Position numbers and translations under genes: made by a program
The notes under the pieces: generated by a model
Database searches by the model: none
Told to the model about the DNA's origin: nothing
Seen by the model: only the letters and a program-made list of their open reading frames with translations
Shown: piece after piece, positions 18,439-28,411 of the stretch
Numbering within the stretch: position 1 is the first letter of the stretch
Layout of the letters: every line of letters starts with the position of its first letter
NCBI GenBank assembly: GCA_022841475.1
Contig: JALHRJ010000019.1
Span: forward strand, 13,733 to 77,732
Direction of reading: 5' to 3'
Source: Cyclobacteriaceae bacterium
GTDB taxonomy: Bacteria; Bacteroidota; Bacteroidia; Cytophagales; Cyclobacteriaceae
DNA length: 64,000 nt

Positions 18439-19535
18439 AAGGAATTCTTCACATGATGATCAAAGTGCTTGTGATGCCTTTCTATAAAAATCATGCAGGA
18501 CTTTTGTTCTTCGTTTTCTTTCTCATGTTTGGCATCGTAGAGTCCACACAGATTGTATTCTATCATCAGTCACTGATCTATGGTATGCTGAGTTCGGGAA
18601 TATTTTTAGTCGGGGTGTTTGTTATCTGGTTGCTCTATCAACTCAAGTCACTACATTTTTTGCTTAAAATTTCGGATGCCGATTCGTATTCTTTTCTAAA
18701 CCACGTAGCATTGCTCCCAGTGGCACAAAGCTTTTTGTATTTCCTTCTCATCAGTTTCATAACCTTTCTGCCGGTGTTCCTCTATACACTGGCTATCTAT
18801 GCTATTGGCATTCAGCAAGCATTTTATGAAGTGCTTGCTTTGGTTTTTGTTTTTCAGGTGGCCTTATGGTTGATGAATGCCTGGGTGCTCAATCATTCCA
18901 TCCGCCAGCGCCATATAGCGTCATGGGTTACTATGCCCTCACTTGCGTTGCCCCATCAACAAACACAAACAGGTATTTATGCAGGCTATCTTTTCAAAGA
19001 AGAAAAATCAGCGCTCCTACTCAGCAAGGTATTTTCATTGGTGCTGATTTATATCGTAAAGGAAACACTGGAGCCGGGCGATGACTTTCGTATTGTGGGC
19101 ATCACGTGGTTGTTTGCCTTGCTCTCGCACACGTACCTCGTTCAGAAGTTAAAAACGTTTGAAGATCATTTATTGAGTTGGACGAGAAATCTCCCTATCC
19201 CGACTACTAAGACTTTCTCTTCTTATTTGCTTCTGTACTCACTAGTAATGATTCCCGAACTGTTGTTGCTAACAGGAAATATCGGCCACGGACTTTCCTT
19301 ACTACAATTTATACTGCTACCCATTTTTTCAAGTGCCTTTCTGATGGCCATCCATGTTTACCTGCTTAAACCCAACCGCGACCCCGATCAATTTTTAACG
19401 TATCTCTTTTGGTTATTTCTCGGTTGTTTCATGTTGGTGTTAAGTAAACTTATCTGGGTTACAGCCGTTGCTTTATTGGTGATTTCTTCCCACCTCTTTA
19501 ACAAGAGATTATTTCAGTATGAGCGTATAGAGTAA
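18435..19535 (+). CDS. Polytopic membrane protein, probable ABC permease partner
   Basis: Many hydrophobic segments; 4-bp overlap (ATGA) with the ATPase gene. Confidence 0.65.
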   Translation: MKGILHMMIKVLVMPFYKNHAGLLFFVFFLMFGIVESTQIVFYHQSLIYGMLSSGIFLVGVFVIWLLYQLKSLHFLLKISDADSYSFLNHVALLPVAQSFLYFLLISFITFLPVFLYTLAIYAIGIQQAFYEVLALVFVFQVALWLMNAWVLNHSIRQRHIASWVTMPSLALPHQQTQTGIYAGYLFKEEKSALLLSKVFSLVLIYIVKETLEPGDDFRIVGITWLFALLSHTYLVQKLKTFEDHLLSWTRNLPIPTTKTFSSYLLLYSLVMIPELLLLTGNIGHGLSLLQFILLPIFSSAFLMAIHVYLLKPNRDPDQFLTYLFWLFLGCFMLVLSKLIWVTAVALLVISSHLFNKRLFQYERIE

Positions 19536-19576
19536 CAACTAAACAAAAATTGTAAATTGAAAACCTAGAGTAATAC

Positions 19577-20548
19577 ATGAAAGCCATCATCCACACGCAA
19601 TACGGTCCGCCCGAAGTACTTCAGCTACAAGAGATACCGAAGCCTGCACCAAAAGATAATGAAGTACTTATAAAAGTGCATGCCACCACCGTAAACCGAA
19701 CCGACTGTGGCTTTAGAAGTGCAGAATATTTTATCAGCCGGTTTTTTAGCGGGTTGTTCAAGCCCAACAATCAAACCCTGGGCAACGAGTTTGCCGGAGA
19801 GATTGAAGCCATAGGTAAAGAAGTTAAAAGTTTTAAACCAGGCGATAAAGTGTTTGGTTATAACGACACCACCTTTGGCGCCAATGCCCAATATATGGTA
19901 ATGGCCGAAGGCGCTGCTATCACCACGATGCCCGCATCCATCACTTATGAAGAAGCTGCTCCTATTACAGAAGGTGGACATTACGCCTTATGCGATATCA
20001 GGGCCGCCAAAATAATGAGCGGACAAAAAGTATTAGTCAATGGAGCCACGGGTGCAATCGGCTCTGCAGCCGTGCAGTTGATTAATTTCTTTGGTGCCGA
20101 AGTAACAGCCGTGTGTAATACCAAAAATGTAGACCTGGTCAAATCACTGGGCGCCTATCAGGTTATTGATTACACGCAACAAGACTTTACAAAATTGGAT
20201 ACCCAATTTGATGTGGTCTTTGATGCGGTAGGAAAGAGTTCGTTCGGAAAATGTAAACCGTTGCTGAAGAAGGGTGGCATTTATATGTCCACCGAACTTG
20301 GGTATATGTCGCAAAATCCATTTCTGGCGCTTATTACTCCGCTGCTGGGAGGGAAAAAGGTATTGTTTCCGATACCCACCATCAGCAAAAAAGATGTTGA
20401 ATTTTTAAAGGAGCTGGTAGAAACCAATAAGTTTAAACCTGTTATCGATCGGTATTATCCGCTGGAACAAATTTTGGAGGCTACCCGCTATGTAGAAACC
20501 GGGCAGAAAACGGGAAATGTGGTGATTACTGTGGCGCATAACTCTTAG
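19577..20548 (+). CDS. NAD(P)-dependent alcohol dehydrogenase/quinone oxidoreductase (MDR family)
   Basis: YGPPEVL, GNEFAG, NGATGAIG, GNVVI; lacks the catalytic Zn Cys pattern. Confidence 0.85.
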   Translation: MKAIIHTQYGPPEVLQLQEIPKPAPKDNEVLIKVHATTVNRTDCGFRSAEYFISRFFSGLFKPNNQTLGNEFAGEIEAIGKEVKSFKPGDKVFGYNDTTFGANAQYMVMAEGAAITTMPASITYEEAAPITEGGHYALCDIRAAKIMSGQKVLVNGATGAIGSAAVQLINFFGAEVTAVCNTKNVDLVKSLGAYQVIDYTQQDFTKLDTQFDVVFDAVGKSSFGKCKPLLKKGGIYMSTELGYMSQNPFLALITPLLGGKKVLFPIPTISKKDVEFLKELVETNKFKPVIDRYYPLEQILEATRYVETGQKTGNVVITVAHNS

Positions 20549-20575
20549 TCCAGTTTATTTTGTTATTTACGAGAA

Positions 20576-20749
20576 ATATTTCATCCCTTTGGGATTCTTG
20601 AATTATCAGTCGTGTTGTTTACCAATATGAAGTCCCTAACGGGACTAGTTACCGAAATAAAGAAGCATTCTCACCCTTAAAGTCCCGTAGGGACGGCCTA
20701 TTGGTAGAAGTTGGTATTAAATAATTCAAATCCCGTAGGGATGAAATAT
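20576..20749. repeat. Non-autonomous inverted doublet of tandem-hairpin (REP-like) units
   Basis: Hairpins ATCCC-TTT-GGGAT (20576-20596), GTCCC-TAAC-GGGAC (20620-20646), GTCCC-GTA-GGGAC (20681-20706), ATCCC-GTA-GGGAT (20729-20749); same motifs flank tnpA at 26 kb. Confidence 0.85.
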
Positions 20750-20841
20750 GAATGCTTCGCCATACAATAGAATAAATAATGTTTTTATCATTTGTAATAA
20801 AATATAGTTAAACCAATTACCTGATTAACTGTTAATCTACC

Positions 20842-21015
20842 ATGTTCTCATTCCTAAAATCCGACCCCATCAAAAAGCTGGAGGCAAAACGTAAAAAGTT
20901 GCTTGAAGAAGCCATGCACGTACAGCGCTCTGGTGATTTGAAATTGTATGCCGTAAAAATGGCTGCCATCGATCAACTCGAAAAAGAAATTGAAGCGCTA
21001 CAAGCAAAAAAATAG
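20842..21015 (+). CDS. 57-aa coiled-coil small protein (resembles Lacal_2735/DUF6435-type proteins found beside photolyase genes)
   Basis: Read by hand, absent from the ORF track: MFSFLKSDPIKKLEAKRKKLLEEAMHVQRSGDLKLYAVKMAAIDQLEKEIEALQAKK*; family call from memory. Confidence 0.75.
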   Translation: MFSFLKSDPIKKLEAKRKKLLEEAMHVQRSGDLKLYAVKMAAIDQLEKEIEALQAKK

Positions 21016-22324
21016 TGCGCTCATCGACTCTTCTTCGACAGTCTTCTGGTTCAGAAGAGACCTCCGCCTGAAAGACAATGCCGGACTCTTCCATGCTTTG
21101 AAAGATAATGAAGACGTAGTACCTATCTTCATTTTCGACACCGCCATTCTCGACAAGTTAGAAGATAAAGCAGATCGAAGAGTAGAATTCATTTATCACT
21201 CACTCAAGGTGATGCAACAGCAACTGGAAGAAGTTGGAAGCTCGCTTCTTATCTTTCATGGCGACCCTATTGAAATCTTTAAGTCGTTAAAACCAAAAGC
21301 AGTTTACACCAATCATGATTACGAACCGTATGCACGTAAGCGCGATGAAGAAGTAAAAAACATTCTTTCAAAGTACGGTACTGATTTCAAAACCTTCAAA
21401 GACCAGGTGATCTTTGAAAAAGCGGAAGTGACCAAAGACGATGGCAAGCCCTATACCATCTTTACGCCTTACAGTCGCAAGTGGAAATCGTTGATCACAC
21501 CGGCACATCTTAAGAGCTATCCTACCGAAAGTCATTTCGGATCATTCAAAAAAATAAAAGCAGTTCCGCTTCCATCCTTGGAAGAAATCGGATTTGAAGC
21601 AACGGGTTTACTGTTTCCGGAACGAGTGATCAAACAATCCATCGTTGAGAAATACGATCAGCAAAGAAATTTTCCGGCTATCGAAGGCACTACAAAACTA
21701 AGTGTACATCTACGGTTTGGCACCGTAAGCATTCGCAAGCTGGCCCAACTGGCACAGAAAAAAAATGAAACGTGGCTGAACGAATTAATCTGGCGCGATT
21801 TCTATCACATGATTTTATGGCATTTTCCTCAAGTAGAAAATCATGCCTTCAAACCTGCCTACGATCATATTGAATGGCGCAATAATGAAAAAGAATTTAA
21901 AGCCTGGTGCGATGGCAAAACCGGGTATCCGATCGTGGATGCTGGTATGCGTGAACTCAACAATACAGGTTTCATGCACAACCGCGTACGCATGATCGTG
22001 GCGAGTTTCCTCACCAAACACTTGCTCATCGACTGGCGCTGGGGTGAAGCCTATTTTGCGAAAAAACTATTAGACTTCGACCTCGCTGCTAACAATGGCG
22101 GATGGCAATGGGCCGCAAGTTCAGGTTGTGATGCCGCACCCTACTTCCGGGTATTTAATCCTACCTTGCAAACAGAGAAGTTTGATCCCGAATTGAAATA
22201 CGTAAAAAAATGGGTTCCTGAATTGAGTACAAAAGAATACCCTAAACCGATTGTTGAGCATAAGATTGCAAGAGATCGTGTTTTGAAGGTGTATAAAGAA
22301 GCATTGAATAGTAGTGAGACTTGA
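20990..22324 (+). CDS. phrB: Deoxyribodipyrimidine photolyase (CPD photolyase/cryptochrome family)
   Basis: WFRRDLRL, ELIWRDF, GKTGYPIVDAGMREL, HNRVRM, NNGGWQW; start codon uncertain. Confidence 0.9.
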   Translation: MKRYKQKNSALIDSSSTVFWFRRDLRLKDNAGLFHALKDNEDVVPIFIFDTAILDKLEDKADRRVEFIYHSLKVMQQQLEEVGSSLLIFHGDPIEIFKSLKPKAVYTNHDYEPYARKRDEEVKNILSKYGTDFKTFKDQVIFEKAEVTKDDGKPYTIFTPYSRKWKSLITPAHLKSYPTESHFGSFKKIKAVPLPSLEEIGFEATGLLFPERVIKQSIVEKYDQQRNFPAIEGTTKLSVHLRFGTVSIRKLAQLAQKKNETWLNELIWRDFYHMILWHFPQVENHAFKPAYDHIEWRNNEKEFKAWCDGKTGYPIVDAGMRELNNTGFMHNRVRMIVASFLTKHLLIDWRWGEAYFAKKLLDFDLAANNGGWQWAASSGCDAAPYFRVFNPTLQTEKFDPELKYVKKWVPELSTKEYPKPIVEHKIARDRVLKVYKEALNSSET

Positions 22325-22355
22325 GAAATACATAACAAGATTTTAGTCAAGACAG

Positions 22356-23804
22356 ATGAAGATACTCCTCACCGGCTCAACCGGCTACATTGGCAGAAGA
22401 TTGCTTCCTGTTTTATTAGCGGATGGTCATGAAGTAATTTGCCTCGTACGAGATAAGCGCAGATTTGATTGGGATGATTTTTCTGGTGCTTTGCAAAAGC
22501 AGATTACAGTTGTGGAAGGTGATCTGAATCAGGTTGCTACACTAAAGGAAGTACCGGCAAATTATGATGCAGCCTATTACCTTGTGCATTCGATGAGTTC
22601 ATCGTACAAAGACTTTGCAACCGTTGAGGCCGAGTCTGCCCAAAACTTTACGGCAATGGTCAACGGCAGCACAGCCAGGCATGTCATTTACCTGAGTGGC
22701 ATCGTGAATGACTCCGATCTTTCAAACCACTTGCTTTCCCGAAAAAATGTAGAAGATATTATTAGATCCGGCACCGTACCTGCTACAGTTTTAAGGGCCG
22801 CCATCATTATTGGATCAGGGAGTGCTTCGTTTGAAATCATTCGCGATTTGGTAGAAAAACTTCCGGTGATGATCGCACCCAAATGGTTGAAGACACGCTG
22901 TCAACCCATTGGCATCCGCAATGTAATTGACTATTTACATGGTGTATTGATGAAACCAAATGCATTCAATCAGTCTTTCGACATTGGTGGAGCGGATATT
23001 CTTACCTATAAAGAAATGTTGCTCGGGTATGCAAAGGTTAGAAATCTTAAAAGATGGATCATCACTGTGCCCGTGCTTTCGCCCAAGCTTTCTTCGCTAT
23101 GGTTATACTTTGTTACCTCCACATCTTATTCGCTGGCACGTACGCTGGTTGCTAGCATGAAAAATGAAGTGATCTGTAAAGACACCGGTATTCAAAAGAT
23201 AGTGCCGATAAAAATTCTTCATTACCATGAAGCATTGCAGTTGGCCTTTGATAAAATCAGTCAGAAACATGTAATCTCTAGTTGGAAGGATTCGATTTCA
23301 TCGGATACGATGAGAAACAACTTTCTGGACAATGTGCAAGTTCCTGAACATGGCGTGCTAACGGATAAACGAATAATACCTTTTGAAAGAAATAAAACAG
23401 AAGTAGTTGATAACATCTGGCGTATTGGGGGTGAACAAGGATGGTACTTCGGCAACTGGCTCTGGGGCATCCGGGGTGTGATCGATAAAGTAGTGGGGGG
23501 AGTAGGCTTACGCAGAGGGCGAAGAAGTGAGACAGATTTAAAGCCAGGCGATGCCCTTGACTTCTGGCGTGTGCTTATCGCGGATAAAGAAAACATGCGA
23601 CTACTATTATATGCCGAAATGAAATTACCAGGCGAAGCATGGCTGGAATTTAAAATCAAAGAGGTAGATGGCAAGAAGACACTATTTCAAACCGCAACCT
23701 TTCAACCACTTGGTTTGTGGGGCCGGGTGTATTGGTATTTAGTTCTACCCTTTCATGGACTTATCTTTCCCAGGATGGCAAAGGGAATTATAACGGCCAA
23801 ATGA
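22356..23804 (+). CDS. SDR/NAD(P)-binding protein with C-terminal DUF2867-type domain
   Basis: TGSTGYIG, YYLVHSM; C-terminal GDALDFWRV...AEMKLPGEAWLEF. Confidence 0.85.
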   Translation: MKILLTGSTGYIGRRLLPVLLADGHEVICLVRDKRRFDWDDFSGALQKQITVVEGDLNQVATLKEVPANYDAAYYLVHSMSSSYKDFATVEAESAQNFTAMVNGSTARHVIYLSGIVNDSDLSNHLLSRKNVEDIIRSGTVPATVLRAAIIIGSGSASFEIIRDLVEKLPVMIAPKWLKTRCQPIGIRNVIDYLHGVLMKPNAFNQSFDIGGADILTYKEMLLGYAKVRNLKRWIITVPVLSPKLSSLWLYFVTSTSYSLARTLVASMKNEVICKDTGIQKIVPIKILHYHEALQLAFDKISQKHVISSWKDSISSDTMRNNFLDNVQVPEHGVLTDKRIIPFERNKTEVVDNIWRIGGEQGWYFGNWLWGIRGVIDKVVGGVGLRRGRRSETDLKPGDALDFWRVLIADKENMRLLLYAEMKLPGEAWLEFKIKEVDGKKTLFQTATFQPLGLWGRVYWYLVLPFHGLIFPRMAKGIITAK

Positions 23805-23815
23805 AATCGTTCTAA

Positions 23816-25984
23816 TCAATAAAAAAACACTTCGTCCACAAAAAACCAACCCTTCTGTCCTTTGCCACCATGCCAAAGCGGAAGTTTGCTAACTGGCTTT
23901 GCAATAATTTTATAATACGGATGTTTAACCAAATCAAAAGAAACGGCTAGGGCCTCCATCCGCTGAGGGCGATAGGCTAAAGGCTGCTCAACTTTTATTG
24001 ATTTGAGTAGTTTCAAATCCTGCGCATTTTTTCCACCCCACACCTCCACCTCCGTTGGTGGGAAAACATATCCACCCAGATTATCAGCATAACTCAAAAC
24101 AATTTTATGAATTGCTGGTGGTTGGATACCAAAGTCAAAGCCGGCCTCAAAATTATTTTCACGAAACCCCAGCCAGGATGGCTCCTTCAACACATCTGTA
24201 AATCCTTTTCGTCCATCGATTAAACTGCTCGCGCCTTCACCCGGATATTGTTTGTCGGCTGGTTTCAATAATGTAACTGCGTCCGATTTGTACCCATCTA
24301 CATAACAGGTAGCTTCTAACAACTCACTACAATACCAGCCTTCTTTGCAAGCCAGCGCTTTTAGCTTCACAGTTTCATTCACTACAATGGGCTTCTCATA
24401 GATTTTATTTGAACTACTATCGGGTAAACTTCCATCCAGTGAATAACGAATTACCACACCGGGCATCGAGTGCTTCAACTGAAGCAACTCACCCCTTTTC
24501 AAAATGCCCTCATTTACCAAAATAGGTTTGCTAAGCTGCAACGTGCTTGAATCATTAAACAAGTTGGCGACAATTTTAACCTTTGGATATTGATTCTGTA
24601 ACGCTACCGCTTCGGGTTCGGATATTTTTGTATTCCAGATAAATAGTTCGCGTAAGGATGGGGCGGAGATCATTGAATGAATCTCTTCATTCCCAATAGC
24701 AGTACCGGCAAGTGAAACCGATGCAAGCTTGCTTAACGATTTTAATGCTGAAAAGCCAGTGCCTTTTACATCCGTAAAATTTAAATTCAATTTTTCCAGA
24801 TTAACAAATTGGGCAATGGTTTTTAGTTGCTCATCCGTAATCGGCATCATGGAAAGATTCAAGACTACCAATTGCTCTCTAATTTCCTTTAACTCTTCCA
24901 GCGAAGCTGGTTGAAATGATTCACGCACAAAAAAATCAGCCTGTAATGCCGGACTATTCTGGTACAAAGGAAAGACCGTGCGGAACGGAGTATTTAACTT
25001 ATCAATAACATCCTGAGATACCGGATTGAAAGAGTAGATTTTCTCCTCTCTAACTTTAACCTGTGAATTAACCCGGGCAGAAACCCATTTACGAATTGTA
25101 TCCGTTTCTGAATACTCCGCTAGTTTCTTTTCAAAATCCGCACCTGCCTGAATCCACGCTTCAAGAATAAAAATCTCCTCGGGTGTCAATTGCGTTTTTC
25201 CGTCAGGCGGCATATGCAAATCATCCTCCATTGGCAAATGAATATATTGAATCAGTCGACTTGCTTCGGGATTTCCCGCTTCCCACTCAACGCCTTCTTC
25301 TCCACCCTGTTTAAACTTAGCAACCGATGTCATCACCAACCCACCCTTACTCTTCTTTTCATTGTGACAGCTAAAACATTTTTTCTCCAACACCGGCTCC
25401 ACGGCAAATTTATAGAGTGAAGAAGTTTCTACTGAAAGTTCTTCTTTCTGTTTGTTCATCAAAGGTTCCAGCACAAAATTTTCACCGTGTGTAATCATGG
25501 AACCCGTATGACCGGTAAACAACAGAGCCGCTATGGTAATGCCAACTCCTGAATAAAATATTGCCTTAATCCTTTTTATTGAATTATAAGCGATCAGAAG
25601 AAAGTAGCAGAGAAAACTAAGAATAATTCCACCGATCTTATGCTGCCAGATACTTTCTGCTCCGTAACCCTCTTGCAGGGAAAGAAACAAACCAAACAAG
25701 GCACTTAAGGAAGCGGTAATGGAAATCAGAATCAAACAGAGGAATACAATTCTTTCAAATGATTTTCTTCTGAACTCCTTTCTAAAAAAAAGTAGAACGA
25801 CCAGAAAAACCAATACTCCAATGGGAAGATGAAGTATGAGGGGATGTATTCTGCCAGCCGCTTGTAGCAAAGCAGGCAACTCAATCCGATCTTCAAATAA
25901 AAAAAGAAATAACAGTAGTACCTGCAGAAACAGAACGATGTTTAAAACTATAACCTTAACTAACCCTATCCTTCCTCTTCGCAC
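23816..25984 (-). CDS. Membrane-anchored planctomycete-type cytochrome c protein with LRR and Fn3-associated/carbohydrate-binding-like C-terminal domains
   Basis: N-terminal TMs (HPLILHLPIG), CFSCH heme motif, HMPP, LRR-like LxxLNL repeats, IRYSLDGS.P. Confidence 0.75.
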   Translation of the reverse strand: MRRGRIGLVKVIVLNIVLFLQVLLLFLFLFEDRIELPALLQAAGRIHPLILHLPIGVLVFLVVLLFFRKEFRRKSFERIVFLCLILISITASLSALFGLFLSLQEGYGAESIWQHKIGGIILSFLCYFLLIAYNSIKRIKAIFYSGVGITIAALLFTGHTGSMITHGENFVLEPLMNKQKEELSVETSSLYKFAVEPVLEKKCFSCHNEKKSKGGLVMTSVAKFKQGGEEGVEWEAGNPEASRLIQYIHLPMEDDLHMPPDGKTQLTPEEIFILEAWIQAGADFEKKLAEYSETDTIRKWVSARVNSQVKVREEKIYSFNPVSQDVIDKLNTPFRTVFPLYQNSPALQADFFVRESFQPASLEELKEIREQLVVLNLSMMPITDEQLKTIAQFVNLEKLNLNFTDVKGTGFSALKSLSKLASVSLAGTAIGNEEIHSMISAPSLRELFIWNTKISEPEAVALQNQYPKVKIVANLFNDSSTLQLSKPILVNEGILKRGELLQLKHSMPGVVIRYSLDGSLPDSSSNKIYEKPIVVNETVKLKALACKEGWYCSELLEATCYVDGYKSDAVTLLKPADKQYPGEGASSLIDGRKGFTDVLKEPSWLGFRENNFEAGFDFGIQPPAIHKIVLSYADNLGGYVFPPTEVEVWGGKNAQDLKLLKSIKVEQPLAYRPQRMEALAVSFDLVKHPYYKIIAKPVSKLPLWHGGKGQKGWFFVDEVFFY

Positions 25985-26055
25985 TTGCTAATTTTTATGT
26001 TTAATTGTGAGTTTAACTATGAAACCTATCTGCCTTAACGTTGCAACCTTAATGC

Positions 26056-26126
26056 AGTCCCATAGGGACTATATATTGGTAACAACCTAAACCCTTACCA
26101 AAGAATCCCTTTAGGGATGATATATT
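26056..26126 (+). repeat. Tandem-hairpin REP-like unit downstream of tnpA
   Basis: AGTCCC-ATA-GGGACT-ATATATTGGTA ... AATCCC-TTTA-GGGAT-GATATATT. Confidence 0.85.
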
Positions 26127-26152
26127 ATTCACAACACATTTAGTCCTGGGCA

Positions 26153-26614
26153 TTATTCCAATGGTTTAAAAATATATCGTTCATCATACTCGATATCAAA
26201 CTGATCTAAAAGTTCACGATACTCATCTAAAAATGTTTGCTTGGCATGATGAGTTTCCTGATTCTGTATATACTTGATTACGTCTGCTATCTGAGACTTA
26301 CTATACGAAAAAGCTCCAAAGCCCGATTGCCATTCAAAATGTGATGAAATAAATTTTTTATCATTAATCCATTTAGATGAATTTGCTTTTACATCCTGCA
26401 TTAAATCAGAAAGCGATTGAGTGGGGCGCATTCCAAAGAAAATGTGAACGTGATCTTCCACACCATTAATAATTAGCAACTTATGTCCATTCTGCTGAAT
26501 GATTCCCGTTATATACTTGTACAATTCGTCTTTCCAATCTTTCCCAATTACACACAATCGATACTTCACCGCAAAAACGGCTTGAATATGAATCTGTGTG
26601 TATGTGTTAGGCAT
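26153..26614 (-). mobile_element. tnpA: IS200/IS605-family HUH (Y1) transposase, no tnpB
   Basis: HUH motif EDHVHI; WQSGFGAFSYS; catalytic Tyr in VIKYIQNQ; 153 aa. Confidence 0.92.
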
Positions 26615-26630
26615 GTTTTTATTTTTCTAA

Positions 26631-26856
26631 AATATGTCGTCCCTACGGGACTTGTCATCAATCTTATACCAATTCTACCGATATGCCGTCCCTAAAGGGA
26701 CTTCGTCAACATTCATAAACTAATAATTCTACTATTACCGATATACCTCCCAATAAGACAAAACAATTCCTGACCAGATATCCTTAAGTCCCGTAGGGAC
26801 TATATTGGTAATAAACCAGTATCCATCTACACAAATCCCGTCAGGGATGATATATT
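26631..26856. repeat. Inverted doublet of tandem-hairpin units upstream of tnpA
   Basis: Unit on - strand 26631-26702, degenerate half-unit about 26731-26760, unit on + strand 26786-26856. Confidence 0.85.
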
Positions 26857-26948
26857 TTTCACATTAGCCTTAGAACAGTATAAAATAATAGGCATCAATT
26901 GAATGATCTCAAATAAATCTTCTCATATCTATTTTCATCTCAAAAAAC

Positions 26949-28397
26949 TTACGCCAAAATTCCCTCCACCACTTTACCAGCCACATCGGTGAGTCGATAA
27001 CGTCTCCCTAAATGTTTGTAGGTTAATTGTTCGTGATTAAGTCCCATCAAATGCATTACTGTAGCATGAAAATCATTTACATGCACGGGGTCCTTTATAA
27101 TATTATATCCAAACTCATCCGATTCTCCATAGACGATGCCCGGCTTTACACCACCACCTACCATCCAGATAGTATAACATCGCGGATGGTGATCACGTCC
27201 ATAATTCTCTATCGATAAATCGCCCTGACAATAATTGGTGCGGCCAAACTCACCGCCCCAAATCACTAAGGTTTCATCGAGCAGTCCGCGCTGTTTCAAA
27301 TCCATGATCAACGCAGCCGTAGAACGATCCACATCTTGTGCCTGCAACGGCATCTCTCCTACTATATTACCATGCTGATCCCAACCCTGGTGATACAACT
27401 GCACAAAGCGAACACCAGCTTCAGAAAGTTTTCGCGCCAGCAAACAGTTGGCCGCATAGGTTCCGGGCACAAGACAATCAGCACCATACATTTTAACAAT
27501 GCTATCTGGTTCTTTGGTGAGGTCGGTAAGTTCGGGCACTGCAGTCTGCATTCGATAGGCCATTTCATACTGCTGCACGCGGGTTTGGATTTCGGGATCG
27601 CCAAATTCCTGGTAGTTCAAGTCATTCAATTGCGCAAGGTTGTCAAGCATCTTTCTGCGGTCTTCACGATCACGACCTTCGGGATCTTTCAAGTACAACA
27701 CCCGTTCTTCACTGCTGCTGAATTGAACACCCTGATGTACACTGTCGAGAAAACCGTTAGTCCAGAGTTTTGAGTAAACGCCTTGACCGTTGCCCCGCCC
27801 CCGCGATAACAACACACAATAAGCCGGAAGATTTTTATTTTCACTGCCCAACCCATAACTCATCCATGCACCCATGCTGGGACGATTGCCTTGCTGTGCA
27901 CCGGTTTGCATAAATGTAAGTGCCGGATCGTGGTTGATTGCTTCGGTATGCATCGACTTAATAATGCATAGGTCATCAACTACTTTCGCGATGTTGGGGA
28001 AAAGCTCGCTTACCCACGCACCCGACTTTCCATACTGACTGAATTTAAAATGGGATCCCACTAACGGAAACTTAGCCTGACCTGAGGTCATGCCGGTTAA
28101 GCGTTGCCCCATTCGAATAGAGGCCGGAAGTTCTTCACCCGCCATTTTATTAAGCATGGGTTTGTAATCAAAACTTTCCAACTGCGAAGGAGCACCATTT
28201 TGAAAAAGATAGATAATGCGTTTTGCTTTAGGAGCAAAATGTGGAAGACCGAGAGCTTGCATCGGACCTTCTGATTTAGAAAATAGATCAGGAATCAATA
28301 AAGAGCCTAACGCAACAGAGCCTAACCCCAAACTCACTTTTCCCAAAAAGTGTCTGCGGGTAACATGCAATCGATGATCAATAAATTCTTTACTCAT
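26949..28397 (-). CDS. DUF1501 domain protein, Tat-type N-terminus
   Basis: TRRHFLG; AKRIIYLFQNGAPSQLE; GGEFGRT; GRDHHP. Confidence 0.88.
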   Translation of the reverse strand: MSKEFIDHRLHVTRRHFLGKVSLGLGSVALGSLLIPDLFSKSEGPMQALGLPHFAPKAKRIIYLFQNGAPSQLESFDYKPMLNKMAGEELPASIRMGQRLTGMTSGQAKFPLVGSHFKFSQYGKSGAWVSELFPNIAKVVDDLCIIKSMHTEAINHDPALTFMQTGAQQGNRPSMGAWMSYGLGSENKNLPAYCVLLSRGRGNGQGVYSKLWTNGFLDSVHQGVQFSSSEERVLYLKDPEGRDREDRRKMLDNLAQLNDLNYQEFGDPEIQTRVQQYEMAYRMQTAVPELTDLTKEPDSIVKMYGADCLVPGTYAANCLLARKLSEAGVRFVQLYHQGWDQHGNIVGEMPLQAQDVDRSTAALIMDLKQRGLLDETLVIWGGEFGRTNYCQGDLSIENYGRDHHPRCYTIWMVGGGVKPGIVYGESDEFGYNIIKDPVHVNDFHATVMHLMGLNHEQLTYKHLGRRYRLTDVAGKVVEGILA

Positions 28398-28411
28398 ATT
28401 TTTTTACAATT

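Noticed and set aside
20990-21050. Frameshift at the photolyase 5' end
   Set aside because: The TTG at 20990 gives a normal-length N-terminus before WFRRDLRL; no alternative frame gives a better one.
20576-26856. Hairpin units with variable spacers as a possible CRISPR array
   Set aside because: The units are in mixed orientation, at most two in tandem, and not identical; there are no cas genes; they flank an HUH transposase. This fits REP-like elements.
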